A stretch of DNA of 64,000 bases from Azolla caroliniana (taxonomy: Eukaryota; Plantae; Polypodiophyta): positions 11,160,001-11,224,000 of the forward strand of contig JBHGNT010000012.1 of NCBI GenBank assembly GCA_043228905.1, written 5' to 3'. A program made the position numbers and the translations under genes. The notes beneath the pieces were generated by a model. It searched no databases and had not been told where the DNA came from. It saw nothing but the letters and a program-made list of their open reading frames with translations. Below, piece after piece: positions 31,202 to 43,195 of this stretch (within the stretch, counting starts at the first letter, position 1; the number at the start of each line of letters is the position of its first letter).

Positions 31202-33237
31202 ATTCTCACTTGGGACAAGAGTTCTCTCTTGTTCCTTTCGTGATTTGCTGGCACTGTTAGGAATTGGACGGATTTCCCAATGTTTTGGCTCCTAATTCGC
31301 GCAAAAGCCGCACCGCTATCGAGCACCTTCGTCTCCATCCGTGATGCCGTGATAAAGGGTTGACCGAGGATGACAGAATGTGAAACCTCATCTTGCACGA
31401 GGAAATTTTGGTCAATCTCGACATCCTCGATCTTCACCGTCACATCCGGACAAGCCGCAAATAGATCTTCCGTTGCTTTGGTGGCCGCCCGAATCTTCCA
31501 TCCATGGTTGGTGTTAATAGGCCACTTCCCCTTCCGGTAGAACTCCTTGGACATCAAGTTGATCTCCGATCCGTGATCAATCAATGGTAGCATGGGTTCT
31601 TTGATGTTGCCGATTCGGATCGGAGTCTCCATAGTCGCGCGTGCCCAATGTGGCCTTGTATAGTGGGAGTTCGGAATTTCGTCCTCCACTTCGGTGTCGT
31701 TCATTAAAACGGTGTTCACATTCACCCTTGGAGCATTTTCCTCCGTACTTTGTCTTTTTCGCTTCACGAGATCCACGAGAAGATCGTGGAACTCCTTCTT
31801 TGCTATTCCGAGTAGCTCCCGAAGCGAGAAATCTACCTGGCTATCCAAGATTCTTTCCTCGAACACTCTTTTCAAGTCGGTTTGTTGTTCTATGTCCGAG
31901 GCGAGCTTGAATGCCGGAGTTGCCTTTTCTTTTCCCTTACCTCCGGAGTTCCAGCTTTCTGATATCTTCGATGGCCCGGCCGCATCCTCCGTGCGTCGTC
32001 GTTTCTCGTCCACATACACCTTATGCAATTGACATAGGGCGTATACGCTATTCTTGTCGACAGGGCACTCCCATCCCGTAGCTTCCTGGACGCCTTCCGC
32101 GGTGCTTCGGATCTCGTTGGAGTTGGTTTTCTCGGTGTTTTCTAGAACTTCTGGCCAAAAAGACGTCTTTGCTCTCGATGACTCCCCGACACATATTCCC
32201 GCGGTTGTCACATAGTTGCTTCTTGCTGCCAATTCCTCCTCGAGCACCTTCTTCATGCCACCTTTCCGGAAGTTCGGTCGGAGTGGCTTCCGAGAGTCCA
32301 TCGAATGAATCCGGTTTCCCTCGTAGTAGATGAGATCCCGCCGTAGCGCCTCCTTATGCTCGTCGCAATCCCTCCGATCGTGTTTGGCGCTATCGCACCA
32401 TATGCACCGTCGGTCCGTATACTTGGAGCTTGTGGGGCGGTCATCCGACTTCTTCACCATCGCGATCTTCAGATTCTCCATCTCCTTCAATAGCTGCTCC
32501 ACCGTAGATGCATCAATCCCCTTCTCGGTTGTTACAGTCTCCCGAGCCCTCGGTTGATGGTCTTCCAATCCGGTTCTTGGTTTCGGAATCGGTTCCGAAA
32601 CCCTCTTTTCCTCGTTGGCAAGCCATTGCCCCCTCTTCGTGTATCGCGCGACGATATCCAGCACGCTTTCCCATGTTTCGGTGAGGCCACTCTCCGTGGT
32701 CGTGTCCTCCAAGAGCACTCCGAGATCTTTCTGGTCCCGGACGTCCACGGCTCGCAAGAACATGATCACCTTGTCCGGTACGAGGATAGCTTGATCTCTC
32801 GCGGACAACCTCCCGAACCGGCTTTCGAATGCCGAAAACACATCAACGACCTTCAATCCCTTGTCCGGCGTCTCCACCCAATCTTCGAATCCCCTTCGCG
32901 TCGCCTTGGAGGAATCCTCGATGGTGAACGTCCTCTTTAGCTCTTCTTCAAACGCCTCCCATGTCGGATTTTGTTGTCGTAGCCCATGGATTCTTGCTTG
33001 AAGCCCGTCGGTCGCCACTCGGTTGAAGGACGTCACTTGCAGTCCTTCCGATATTCTGCACCGTAGCATCTCCGCCTTGTAGTCCCGAAGATACCGCGAC
33101 ACGTCTTTCCCGTTGAATTGCCCGTTTCGTTGCACGAGCTGCTCCACTGATGCCGCTATCTCCGACATCGCGCGTTGTTCTTGTAGCATGCACTCGAACA
33201 TCATCATCATGTTGCTAGCCTCCGGTTGATTTTCCAT
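31192..33237 (-). CDS. W1 Gag-protease ORF (681 aa)
   Basis: FNGKDVSRYL capsid-like motif; CIWCDSAKHDRRDC knuckle; LIDHGSEIN and ILGQPF aspartic protease motifs. Confidence 0.9.
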   Translation of the reverse strand: MENQPEASNMMMMFECMLQEQRAMSEIAASVEQLVQRNGQFNGKDVSRYLRDYKAEMLRCRISEGLQVTSFNRVATDGLQARIHGLRQQNPTWEAFEEELKRTFTIEDSSKATRRGFEDWVETPDKGLKVVDVFSAFESRFGRLSARDQAILVPDKVIMFLRAVDVRDQKDLGVLLEDTTTESGLTETWESVLDIVARYTKRGQWLANEEKRVSEPIPKPRTGLEDHQPRARETVTTEKGIDASTVEQLLKEMENLKIAMVKKSDDRPTSSKYTDRRCIWCDSAKHDRRDCDEHKEALRRDLIYYEGNRIHSMDSRKPLRPNFRKGGMKKVLEEELAARSNYVTTAGICVGESSRAKTSFWPEVLENTEKTNSNEIRSTAEGVQEATGWECPVDKNSVYALCQLHKVYVDEKRRRTEDAAGPSKISESWNSGGKGKEKATPAFKLASDIEQQTDLKRVFEERILDSQVDFSLRELLGIAKKEFHDLLVDLVKRKRQSTEENAPRVNVNTVLMNDTEVEDEIPNSHYTRPHWARATMETPIRIGNIKEPMLPLIDHGSEINLMSKEFYRKGKWPINTNHGWKIRAATKATEDLFAACPDVTVKIEDVEIDQNFLVQDEVSHSVILGQPFITASRMETKVLDSGAAFARIRSQNIGKSVQFLTVPANHERNKRELLSQVRMDF

Positions 33238-33254
33238 CTCCTTGCCACCCGGCT

Positions 33255-33272
33255 TTCACGTCGGGTTCACCA
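33255..33272 (-). other. PBS (tRNA-Trp) of W1
   Basis: TGGTGAACCCGACGTGAA, complementary to the plant tRNA-Trp 3' end as recalled. Confidence 0.85.
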
Positions 33273-33276
33273 ATTG

Positions 33277-33979
33277 TGTCGTGCCCTTCGGCTCCGGATC
33301 GTTGTGTGAGTTGGGTGGGAACTACCGAGGTTTTTGACTAGGAGGAAGAGGAATACAACTTAAGGCTAGTTATGAATAGTGGAAAGAGAAGTAAGATAGT
33401 AATCTCGTGAATCCCACGAGTTTAGTGTATTTAAAACAATATTTAGATTATAAGAGTAATTTAGATGGCAAAATTCGTGAATCCCACGAATATATTAGAT
33501 TGATCAATCCTTGTATATTAATCAACAACCTTATACATATTTCTCTCCTCCTTATATAAAGATGGAGGAGGCTAAGCATGGCTTCATGCTTTTTCACCAA
33601 GTGTGTCCATGCACACTAAATGTGCATGTGATGTTTTGTCATTTCCTAAGTATAGGGCTCATGCACGCTAGATGTGCATGAGTCACTTTTAATGTCACGT
33701 GTAAATAAAATATTCACACCCTAAAGAATACATGATTTTTACCTTTTAATAAAGGTATGTGTAAATAAAGGTCTTATACGTATTAAATCTATATATATAA
33801 CACTAAAGATAAGTTATTACAATGGTAAAGTTGGGGTTTATCTACGTGGAGGTGCAGGGTTTGAATCCTGCCCTATGCACGTGATAAATGTTTTGATATA
33901 TTATTTATTTATTTATATGTATCTAAAATCGGATATATTATTTTATGGTTTTCACTAGTGTGTGGAATACACTACGACA
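33277..33979 (-). repeat. 5' LTR of W1
   Basis: Repeat of 21367-22068. Confidence 0.95.
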
Positions 33980-34082
33980 ACGCTCTCATCGCTCCCCTCC
34001 CTCAACTTCTCCTCCATCCTATCACAGAGCTCAAGCCTACCGCAACCACCAATCTTCTCCCCACGAGCCTACTCTGATATTT

Positions 34083-36745
34083 ATGCTGATATTTATCTCT
34101 ACTGCCTTATGTCGATGGCTCGTGGAGAAACGCCTGGATGGGTACATCAGGGTCGCAGAGGCACCTCCACACCCGGATGCATTGGACATCGCTAGAAAGC
34201 TCAATATTGACACGGTCACCAACTCCTCCATCCGGAAAAAGTTGAACCTGTCATCACTAGGTGAGAGGCATTTCGAAATTCCCCCTGCGGAGTCGGTGTA
34301 GGGTATTTTGGCATGTATTCCTCTTCCGCCAAGGCCTATAGAACGAAGGAGATCCCGGATCCCTTTTTCTGTGAAGTCGCCAAGTTCCTATTAGAGGTCG
34401 GATGTGTACACGTAAACGCATATGGGATGCCCAAGCAGAAGGCAGGTATTATTATTGATACCTTTGAAGGGCGTATGGTCGACTGGGGAGTCATCATGGG
34501 GCCGACGTTAAGGGAAGGCCTGCACGCGTATCAAGGAGGCAAGAAGCTTAGGCCTATCATACAACAGTACCTGACGGTACTATTCCCACCCCGAGGCCTG
34601 CCGCCGCACCGATCCGCGAAGCACAGGTTAGCGCCGAACACACGGACAACGCCAGAAGTGTAGGTGGCGCACTCCACGGAAGCGGCACCAGAGCCAGACG
34701 CCGAATCACGGCAGGATAGCCCCAGGCCGAAACGGCGAAGACTGGATAGGAAAGATGGGCGGGGATTAGTTAAAGACGTACCCACGATGGCGGTGACAAC
34801 GACCGAAGGCGACAGCTCCGCAACTACGGAGCCCAACACCACCTTCGAAATAATCCGGGAGCCATGACCGATCATTACAGCCCAGTCACAATGAGGGAAA
34901 GCCGTATTGATGGCGGAAAGCGAGGTTTTGGCATATCCGGATATCCCGGACACGGCGCATGAGTTCAGCGCACTCTTGCAGTACGGAACCTCTTTTGAGC
35001 TCATGGATCTCCATACAACGCAATAGATAAAGGCCTCACACCGAATGGCTGAGGAGCACGCGAAGCGCCAGATGATCGAGCGCACCTTAACACAAATGGT
35101 GGAGAGCGACGATGAGGACCAATTAGCCAGAGTCGGCAGACGGAGGAATGCCGGGATACGCCGAATGGGGATGGAACTACCCCCATTAAACACGGCCCTA
35201 GTCGAAGTCCATAGGGAACTGGCAAAGGTCAGCACGGGCGCCAAGGAGATGGCCATTAAAAATAAGAATGTCTTGAAGAAGGTGAAACTGACCCAAGTCG
35301 AGTTGCAAAAAGCCAACGAACGCATCGCAGAGTTGGAAACTAACGTGACTACGGCGCAACAGGCAACTCCACCACCAAACCACACCATCGAAGCCTTGAA
35401 GGAAGAGGTTGAGGCTCAGACCGCCATTGCCTCAAAAGCAAAAAGGGTCGTACAACTAGCGGAATCAGAAATTGACCGCCACCGTGTTGAACTTCGCTAG
35501 TACTCAGACAGGGAAAAGGACATCCGGGCCAACAGCCGAAAGGCAGTAAAAAACCTTGAAGAGAAACTCGCTGCGGAGACAGCACAACACACCTGGACAA
35601 AAGTAGAAAATGCCCAATTACAGGAGGAAGCGAAGAAATCAGAGGCGGCAATCGCGGGACTCTAGGCCTTATTGGAGAAAAAGAAGGCATGGTTCGACGA
35701 GTAGTTGGTGGGCAAACAGGAAAGAAGGCATCAGCTCGAAATCCACCTAAACAATGAAATGGGGAAATTAGAAGAACTACATATGAAGGAATCCCAACTA
35801 TGGGTGGGTTTGAAGAGCACGTATGAAGAAGCGGCGGTAGCTAGTCAACAAGAAATTGCAAACCTCAAGAAGTTGGTGGAAGAAGCACGCAACCGTTGCC
35901 AGGCCGTCATAGACAACGTGCGTATCCTTCTACAAACGAATCGGGAGAGGTTTACAACGCAATTGAAAACGGTGCTGGACAAAGGATGGATGGCATGGGT
36001 AGCCCAAGCGGCGGAATTGCACGCGTATCGTGCGGACTGGGAGAACCGGAGAAAAGACAGCTGAGGCTTCTATAAACTCAATGAGGAGAGCATTGTGGCA
36101 GTACGCGAGGACCTAACGTAGGACTATCGCGCGCTGGCGGACCAACATTCCGAAGAACTCGCGCAGCTATTAGAGGTTTTTGGTGAAAGTCAGGAGGTTC
36201 TGTTTCACCAGATCACGCAAGCCGGCAACACACGAACAAATGAGGAACCCATCGCGACACCAATTCCGGATATTGCCGAAGAAGAGGAACCTCAAGCCAG
36301 GTCACCAGAAATCACAACTACGGTGAACAACGCGGAACAACGAGCGGAGTCCCCCATCATACCATACAACGAAACCTCTACCCAAGAGGAACCCCATCTA
36401 TCGGAGCATACGCTATCGGCCGACCACATGGAGAACATTGCGGACCAAGCAGAACCGCAACCTCACTCCCCAGAGCGTACAACGACGGCCGACACCAGGG
36501 AGGAAGTGACGGATGAGACGGAGCCGCGACTGACCGCAAGCCCGCCGACGGCTGAGCCCAACCCCCTAGCCCACAAAGAGCCCATAGAACTCGGGCCGCC
36601 CACACAGGACGATCGCGACACCATGAGAAGCCCTCCCGACCAAATAGGGGAACCACACCACGATGCACATACGGGCCCTACACCATCCCCGGACGCGGAC
36701 ACCGTAGCAGAACCAAACATCAGGGGCATTTTGGAAGAAGAGTAA
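34083..36745 (+). pseudogene. Degenerate extra ORF of B2 (homologue of 6500-8953)
   Basis: YSSSAKAYRT..FFCEVAKFLLEVG and GWMAWVAQAAELH; multiple TAG/TGA stops. Confidence 0.85.
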
Positions 36746-36773
36746 AGGGATGGGTCCGACGTGGCATGGCACT

Positions 36774-36790
36774 ATCCCACAAGCGTGCCA
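36774..36790 (-). other. Inverted PBS-like site at the PPT position of B2
   Basis: Sense ATCCCACAAGCGTGCCA, then AG, then the LTR TG at 36793. Confidence 0.7.
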
Positions 36791-36792
36791 AG

Positions 36793-37241
36793 TGTTGTTC
36801 GCCGGAATAGTAACCGACAGACAAGAGTGCAGGAATACGAAATAGTTTAATATTGTAACACATGTAACGGTTCACGCGGGAAGCGTGAATAGCTAAAAGA
36901 CCTTGCGTATATAAAGGGCAGAAAACCTTTGATAGAGGGAGCGTGTAATTTTGAATGTAAGAGGCGTATCGTAATAGAGTTCTATCTTCTCTGATATCTG
37001 TGTGTAGCTACGACTAATCTACTATGTGTCTGTAACACCTGAGAGTGTAGGAGTAAGTAACGGTGTGTGTGTTAGCCCACTGTCAAAGGAGCTCGGTTGT
37101 AACCGTCTCCCTTATACGCTGCTAGGTTACGGGGAATATCCCAGTAAGTATTACGCACAGACGCTACCATTCATTGTCACACAGTCACTTGGAGGTCTAG
37201 GTCGAAGGACTGATCGTAGACCGTGTTCCTAGTCGGTAACA
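36793..37241 (+). repeat. 3' LTR of B2
   Basis: TGTTG..TAACA; TATA tatataaaggg near 36908; followed by the TSD. Confidence 0.85.
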
Positions 37242-38473
37242 CTTTGTGGCCCGTTTGCCTCTAGCCTTCTGAAGTTTCGGCTCATCATTTGAGGCCGGTT
37301 TGTTGTCTAAGGCTCTTTCTATAACCTGCTGCTAGGCGTGTTCCTGGGCCATGCGAGACGCGGCAGCTACTTGGAGACGAGCCAAAAAGTCGATGAGCTC
37401 GTATGCAGTGCCGTGTTGCAAAATTGTTCCGAGCTCAAATGCTTCTGCGAGCAGATCATGAAAGGTTAGTACTTCATCCTCTGAGAATCATGATTGCTGG
37501 CCTTGCTTGAGAGGGTTGTTGGGATCTAGCGTGGTGGTTGTCACGATGACCAATTTTTTGTTGGCTTCTGTCATTTCATCCGTGCTCTGTGTGGTGCTGC
37601 TACTGTCCGTGCGAAGACGTTTTGCGGCCGGATTAGCCTCTTGGGATGCTTGTACATCGTGGTCCTTTTATTGTTGGGTTGCCACTAAGCGTGGAACCTC
37701 TGGAATAGGTTTTGGTTGTTCGGCCTGTTTGGTTGGTTTTGAGTGTGGTGTTGGGCGGGGTGAGGGTATTGCCCATGCCGTCTTATCACGACCGCGTATA
37801 GTGATGTTGTCCTCGTCTTCGGTGTTTTGCTCGTCTTGGGTTGTGGATAGGGCCTGGGTATCGTCATCTTCCCACTCTTTATGCGACAACTGCAACGTTC
37901 GTTGGTGTTTAGCCCTAGGGAGAGGAGCAAGGAGCGCCAATGTTTGTCGTGGAGGATGTGCTTGGGGAGGGTACAACACGACAATGTATTGTGCTAGTAT
38001 GGGTGAAAATCGTTTCCCCGATTGAAAAGAAGTGATGGCCGCTCAGACACCTTCACCAGTGATGATCCCCCAGTCAATTGCTCCGCCACGGTAGGCCGTA
38101 ATAATCAATGTTGCTTTTTTCTTCGGCATGCCTTAGGGGTTTGCGTGGATGTAGGCGTACTCGAGGAGGAAATGGGCTAGGTTCCCAAAGAACTCATTGG
38201 GACCTCCATGCGTGTGATGAGCTTTTACTGAGAGTGAATACTCTCCAAAATGCTGCTCCAAGATGTGTTGAGGTGGCGCGTCGATATCGTGCTCACCCCC
38301 CTCTACAGATGAAGTGTTGCTTGGATCATGTTGTTGGAGATGGTGTCAGGGTGGATCCTTCTGGCGATGGCCTGATCTTTTGGGTGGGGAGGTGCATCGT
38401 AGACATTGAGATATCCTAAGAGGCCGTGTCAGGACATCCAAGTGCGGAGTTCTTTAGATACTTAGAGTGGCAT
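37242..38473 (-). pseudogene. N-terminal part of the element A extra ORF
   Basis: Degenerate matches to the MPKK, IITAY..DW and LQHGTAYELIDF blocks. Confidence 0.65.
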
Positions 38474-38825
38474 GGTGAGGGCTAGAGAGTCAGGTAGATA
38501 GGGAGAAGGCTGTGGAGATGGAGAACGAGAGAAAGCTTGGTTAGAGAGAGTAGGCGAGTGAGAGAAGTTTTGCGTAGAAGGAGCGAAAGGTGGCTCTGGC
38601 GGTTAGTGATGTCTTTGTGTGGGTGCCTCGGTTCTCGATTCGTGCCCTTGTACCCTAGATTTAGAATCTTGCATGTCATGCTAGGAGTTAAGGGCCACGC
38701 GTCGTGTGAACCGTTTGTACTTGCTTTTCTTGAACATCGTACCTCGTCTTTAAATAGTGAATGGGTCTCTTTTTTCTTTTTCTCTTTCAAAATAATATTG
38801 TACACGTGGACGGTAGGTAGGGTTG

Positions 38826-41800
38826 TTACCGTAATCGAGGCGTGATGCCATCGTAATCTTCTATTCCACCTACCATCGTTTGGTCGAAATCGTGTTGGTG
38901 GTTGGTAAAGGGGTTAGGTGGTGTTGTTCCACGATACGGTTTTAAGCGAAACCAGTTGACCGAATGCAGTAGTGCTTCGCCGACTAGTGTGCCGAGTTGA
39001 AAGGTGCCGTTGTATGTATCGATGATCCAGAATGACCCTGTCCACTGGAATCGAAGCTTGCCGGGCATAGCCTCGAGTTTTGTTTGGAAAACTAGGACCG
39101 ACTGCCCGATTTCAAAAGTTTTGTCTAGTATCCGACAATGTCTGTCGACGAAGGCTTTCCTTCGTCTTTGGCCGTGCTCCAATTGAGCCAGACTGGTAAT
39201 TCATTGTTCTCTCAGTTCTAGCAATTGGACCAGACGCTGGTGTTCGGATTATGATTCTAGTAATCATTCGGCTACTTGTACTCATAAGTTGGGGACCTGG
39301 AATTCAATGGGCATTACGGCTTCCAATCTGAAACCTAGCCGAGAAGGCGTTGACCCGATATTGGTTTTAAAGGTCGTACAATAAGCCCAGTCCCAATCTG
39401 TGCGATTCTCATTGACGATTTTCTTAAGAATGGTCTGAAGGCTTTTATTTGTGGATTCGGCAAGACCATTAGCTTGGGGGTAGTACATGGTGCTTTTCTT
39501 GTGTACGACGGTGTAGTGGGAGGTTAATTCGTGTATGATTTGATTGACGAAGTGTCCTCCTTGATCACTTACTAGCTCGATTGGACAACCGAAACGACAC
39601 CATAAATTTTCGTAAATGAATTTTGTGGTTGATGCTACCATGTTATCTCGAAATGCTTTTGCTTCGACCCATTTCGTACAGTAATTGGTTGCTACTAGTA
39701 TATATTTGTTTCCGGTGCGTGTGGTGGGGGGTTTAAAAGGGCCTACGAAATCCAAGACCCATTTTTGGAATGGTTCCAAGGGAAGGATCGGCTGGTGAGG
39801 CATGCGGTCGCGCTTATTTGGTTGTCCCATCTGTTGACAAAGATCACACTGTTTACAAAAATCATGAGCATCCTTTTTCGTGGTCGGCCACTAGAGCCCA
39901 CTTTGCTAGATTTTTCGGGTTGTGGCATCGCCTGCATAATGGCCGCCCGCAATTCCATGGTGAGCTTCCCGAAGTACCGCTTCTTTCTCGAATTGTCGAA
40001 CCGCTCGCCTATAGATGCCATTCGAGGCTTTGTGATACAATGTATTCGTGAATAGACAGAAATTACGGCTTCGGATTGATAACCGCTTCCGAGCATCAAG
40101 TGTGAGGTGGTCCGGGGGAAGTCCCATACTTAGGAATTCTGTCATTTCGGTGATCCAAGCGTCGTTAGGATCAGACTCAATGGGTGCGGTGTCGATAGAG
40201 AATAGGGTGGCGTCCATTAAGTCACCGTATTCCTGGTCCAACGGTTCTCCCGTTTCCAAGAAGCTAAGATAGTCAGCAATCGCGTGTTGAACTCTTGGTC
40301 GGTGTTGAATCTTGAAATCGAACTCCTGAAGGAGCAACATCCATCGTGCTAACCAACTAGTCAGAGCTTGCTTATTTACAAGGTAAAGTAGTGCCGAATG
40401 ATCTACGTGGAATGTGAATTTTCGGCTGAGCAGATAATGCCGAAATTTCGTAACGCTATATATCATGTTGAGTGTTTCTCGTTCCGTGGTGAAGTAATTC
40501 CGTTCTGATGTCGAGAGTCGGCGACTGGTGTAATAGATTGGGTGATACCAAATTGGTGGGGTTTTTTGCATTAAAGCACCATCGATCGCGAGCTCGGATG
40601 CGTCCACGAATATGTTGTCGTAGTGTGATTCACACACTATGAGAAAATTGCATTTTTTCCCTCCGGATGGGACAAGGAGGAATCGGTAAAGAAGAACCGG
40701 TGAGAACCGGATGAAGGAGGAATCGGCAAGGAGGAACCAGTAAGGAGGACTCGGTAAGGAGAACCGGTGAGAACCGGATGAATGAGGAACCGGCAAGGAG
40801 ACCCGGTAAGAACCGGATCAAGCAGAATCGGCAAGAGCCAGATAAAGAAGGCCGGTGAGAGTCTCACCGGATGAAGAGATAAATTTGTAAATAAAAGAAA
40901 AGATTGTTACATGCATAGGACAAGATTCAAACCCTGTACCTCCATATTAATAATGTAAAGCCTTACCATTACACTAACATATCATTAATGAAAATAAAAA
41001 AGGAGACATCCTACATAGAAAGGTAAGTGCACACTAGGATAAACTTTAGTTAGAAAGAAAACGCATGATAAAAGAAAAAGCTACACATGCACATCTAGCG
41101 CGCATGAACACTATAGTCGATAAAAACGCATCAAGTTAGAAAAAGCAAGATCACTTTAGAAAAATGCATGTTAGATAAAGCATATAGTCTATTGTTAGAG
41201 AAAAAGCATGGATTATTAAGACTCTCTCACCACTATATAAGGATGGGGAGCACAATGTAATAGGTGTGTGAAAAATTTGGAAATTGGATATATTTCTAAA
41301 AAAAAACACCAATTAATACATTATACTCGTGGGATTCATGAGATTTCTATATCCTTCTCTTTCAAGCTAAATTCATATTATTATCTTAATATTGATTAAT
41401 CTAATACAATCTATCTATATATATCTCTTTCCTACAACCTATCTATATTCTAATTAATCTCAAATTCTTCTTTCTCCTAGTCCAAAACCTCCGTGGTTCC
41501 CACCCGACTCACGCAACGATCTGGAGCCGAAAGGCACGACAACATGAAAAGGCTCTGTCCAATCCAATGGTTGGACCACTGGGTTTTGGGAGACTTTCAG
41601 TGATTGGTATGACATGTCCTCTCGTTCTGTCCATCGAAAGGGCACCGTATGGACTATTGCATGTAAAGGGGTCGCGGAATCGGCAAGGTATCAGAGCATA
41701 CTACTATGCCACCTTATTTGGCCCAGAAATCGGCCGAGTGCTTTGGCCATGGTGGGGTCTGGGGCATTCAAGATGGCTTGCACTTTGTCTGGGTCCATAG

Positions 41801-43195
41801 CGATGCCCTCTTTACTAACAATGTGACCTAGTAAAGCTCCGCTTGTCACTTGGAAAGCACATTTTGTCGGATTGAGGCTGAGCCATGCGTGCCGACATCT
41901 CTTGAGGCATAATCGTAATTGTGTAAGGTGTTACGCGTGTTGTCCATAAACAACGAAATCATCAAGGAAAACTTGCATAAAGGCTAGAATGAAGTCCTCG
42001 AAGATTTTGGAGATGGTGTTGAAATGTGGCGGGGGTTGTTTTCAAGCCGAACATCATAACCACGACTACGAATACACCCCATTCTGTTATGAAGTTTGTT
42101 TTCTCCTGATCATCCGGGTGCATTCAAATTTGATTATAGCCACTGAAAGCATCGAGAAAGCTATAACAATCGTGGCCGACCACCGTATCAAGGATGTTGT
42201 CGGTGAATGGGAGTGGAAAGGCATCCATGACTGTGACGACGTTAAGTTTCCGGTAATCCACACAAACCCAGATTTGTCCATTCTTTTTCATGACGACCAC
42301 AATAGGACTTAACCATGTGGCCCTTTTTACCGGTCGGATGAATCCTACACATAGTAATTCATCTATTTCGTCTTTTACTTTCACCGCATAGTTGGGATTC
42401 ATACGGTATCACCGTTGTTGAATTGGTTGTGCGTCTATTTGAAGATTTATTTGGTGTTGGTAGTACTGAGGATCTAGGCCTTTCATGTCGTTGTAGGACC
42501 ACGCGAACACATCCTGATACTTCGTAAGCAATCCTATTAAGGCCGATCTGTTGCTAGTTGCTAGGTCTTTGGCAATTTTTACGGTGCGTGGCTCGGAAGG
42601 TGAGCCGAGGTTGACATCTTCTAAGGTGGAGGCTTTTACACGCTGTGATATTGCTAATTCGTAGTCAAGTGCGTCGCGGGCTTGTAGATGTTCTTTTATT
42701 GATGTTGGGTCAGGTTCGTGGGAATCTTCGTGATTGATGGCGTTGGCTATGTAGGGTTCGATGGCCGAAAGGACATCGATTTCAAAAAGCAGAACTATCG
42801 TAGGGTGCTCATCTAGGAACAAGTTTATCTCGTCATCCGTGAGAACATCTAATATATGGACTCCTTCGGCGTATAATGGGTTGTTGTCAGGAGGAGTCGA
42901 GGTCTATGCTTCCATAAGAATGCAGACTTTGGTTTCCCCATACCGAAATCAGATCATGTTATGCTGCCAATGCTGCTTGATGTTGGTGGTACGCAACCAT
43001 GGACGTCCAAGCAGCAGGGGGTAAGCGTTGGGGGCCTCTAAGCGTAAGATTGGCTGACACGGTAAAAGTGTGTCCTCCCAAGCTAAATTCCAAGTTTCGG
43101 ATGAGGCCTATCGGGCGTATCGACTGTGTATCCACCATTCGTAACTAGAATGGATACGACTCCCATTGAGTGATGCCAATCTTGTTGCATGTCGC
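38826..43195 (-). pseudogene. Degenerate pol of element A (PR end, RT, RNase H, IN), split by a solo LTR
   Basis: NPNYAVKVKDEID; SFLDAFSGYNQI; VDHSALLYLV; LEPFQKWVLDFVGP; PGKLRFQWTG; homologous to 9367-12780. Confidence 0.92.
40616..41541 (+). mobile_element. Solo LTR of family W
   Basis: TGTCGTAG...GCACGACA termini as in the W1 and W3 LTRs; host pol is continuous on both sides; flanks ATGT/ACAT. Confidence 0.88.

Larger units (their letters stand above)
21367..33979 (-). mobile_element. Ty3/gypsy element with tRNA-Trp PBS (family W), interrupted by copia C
   Basis: LTRs 21367-22068 and 33277-33979 (TGTCGT..ACGACA); PPT 22069-22080 (minus GAAGGGGGCGAG); gag-PR ORF followed by RT-RH-IN. Confidence 0.93.
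21233..37241 (+). mobile_element. Phygy-like element B2 with gag-pol deleted and the extra ORF retained
   Basis: Partial 5' LTR 21233 to about 21325 matches the start of the 3' LTR 36793-37241; TSD CTTTG at 21228-21232 and 37242-37246. Confidence 0.85.
741..43195 (-). mobile_element. Old Phygy-like (non-chromovirus) Ty3/gypsy element A, host of most nested insertions; 5' end not seen
   Basis: 3' LTR 741-1248; extra-ORF pieces at 4747-5168, 20130-21232 and 37242-38473 rejoin once TSD-bounded inserts are removed; degenerate pol at 38826-43195. Confidence 0.75.

Noticed and set aside
21362-33984. Inverted target-site duplication or TIR transposon (AGCGT…ACGCT)
   Set aside because: Better explained by a palindromic CpG-containing 4-bp TSD decaying on opposite strands; the element is a normal LTR retrotransposon.
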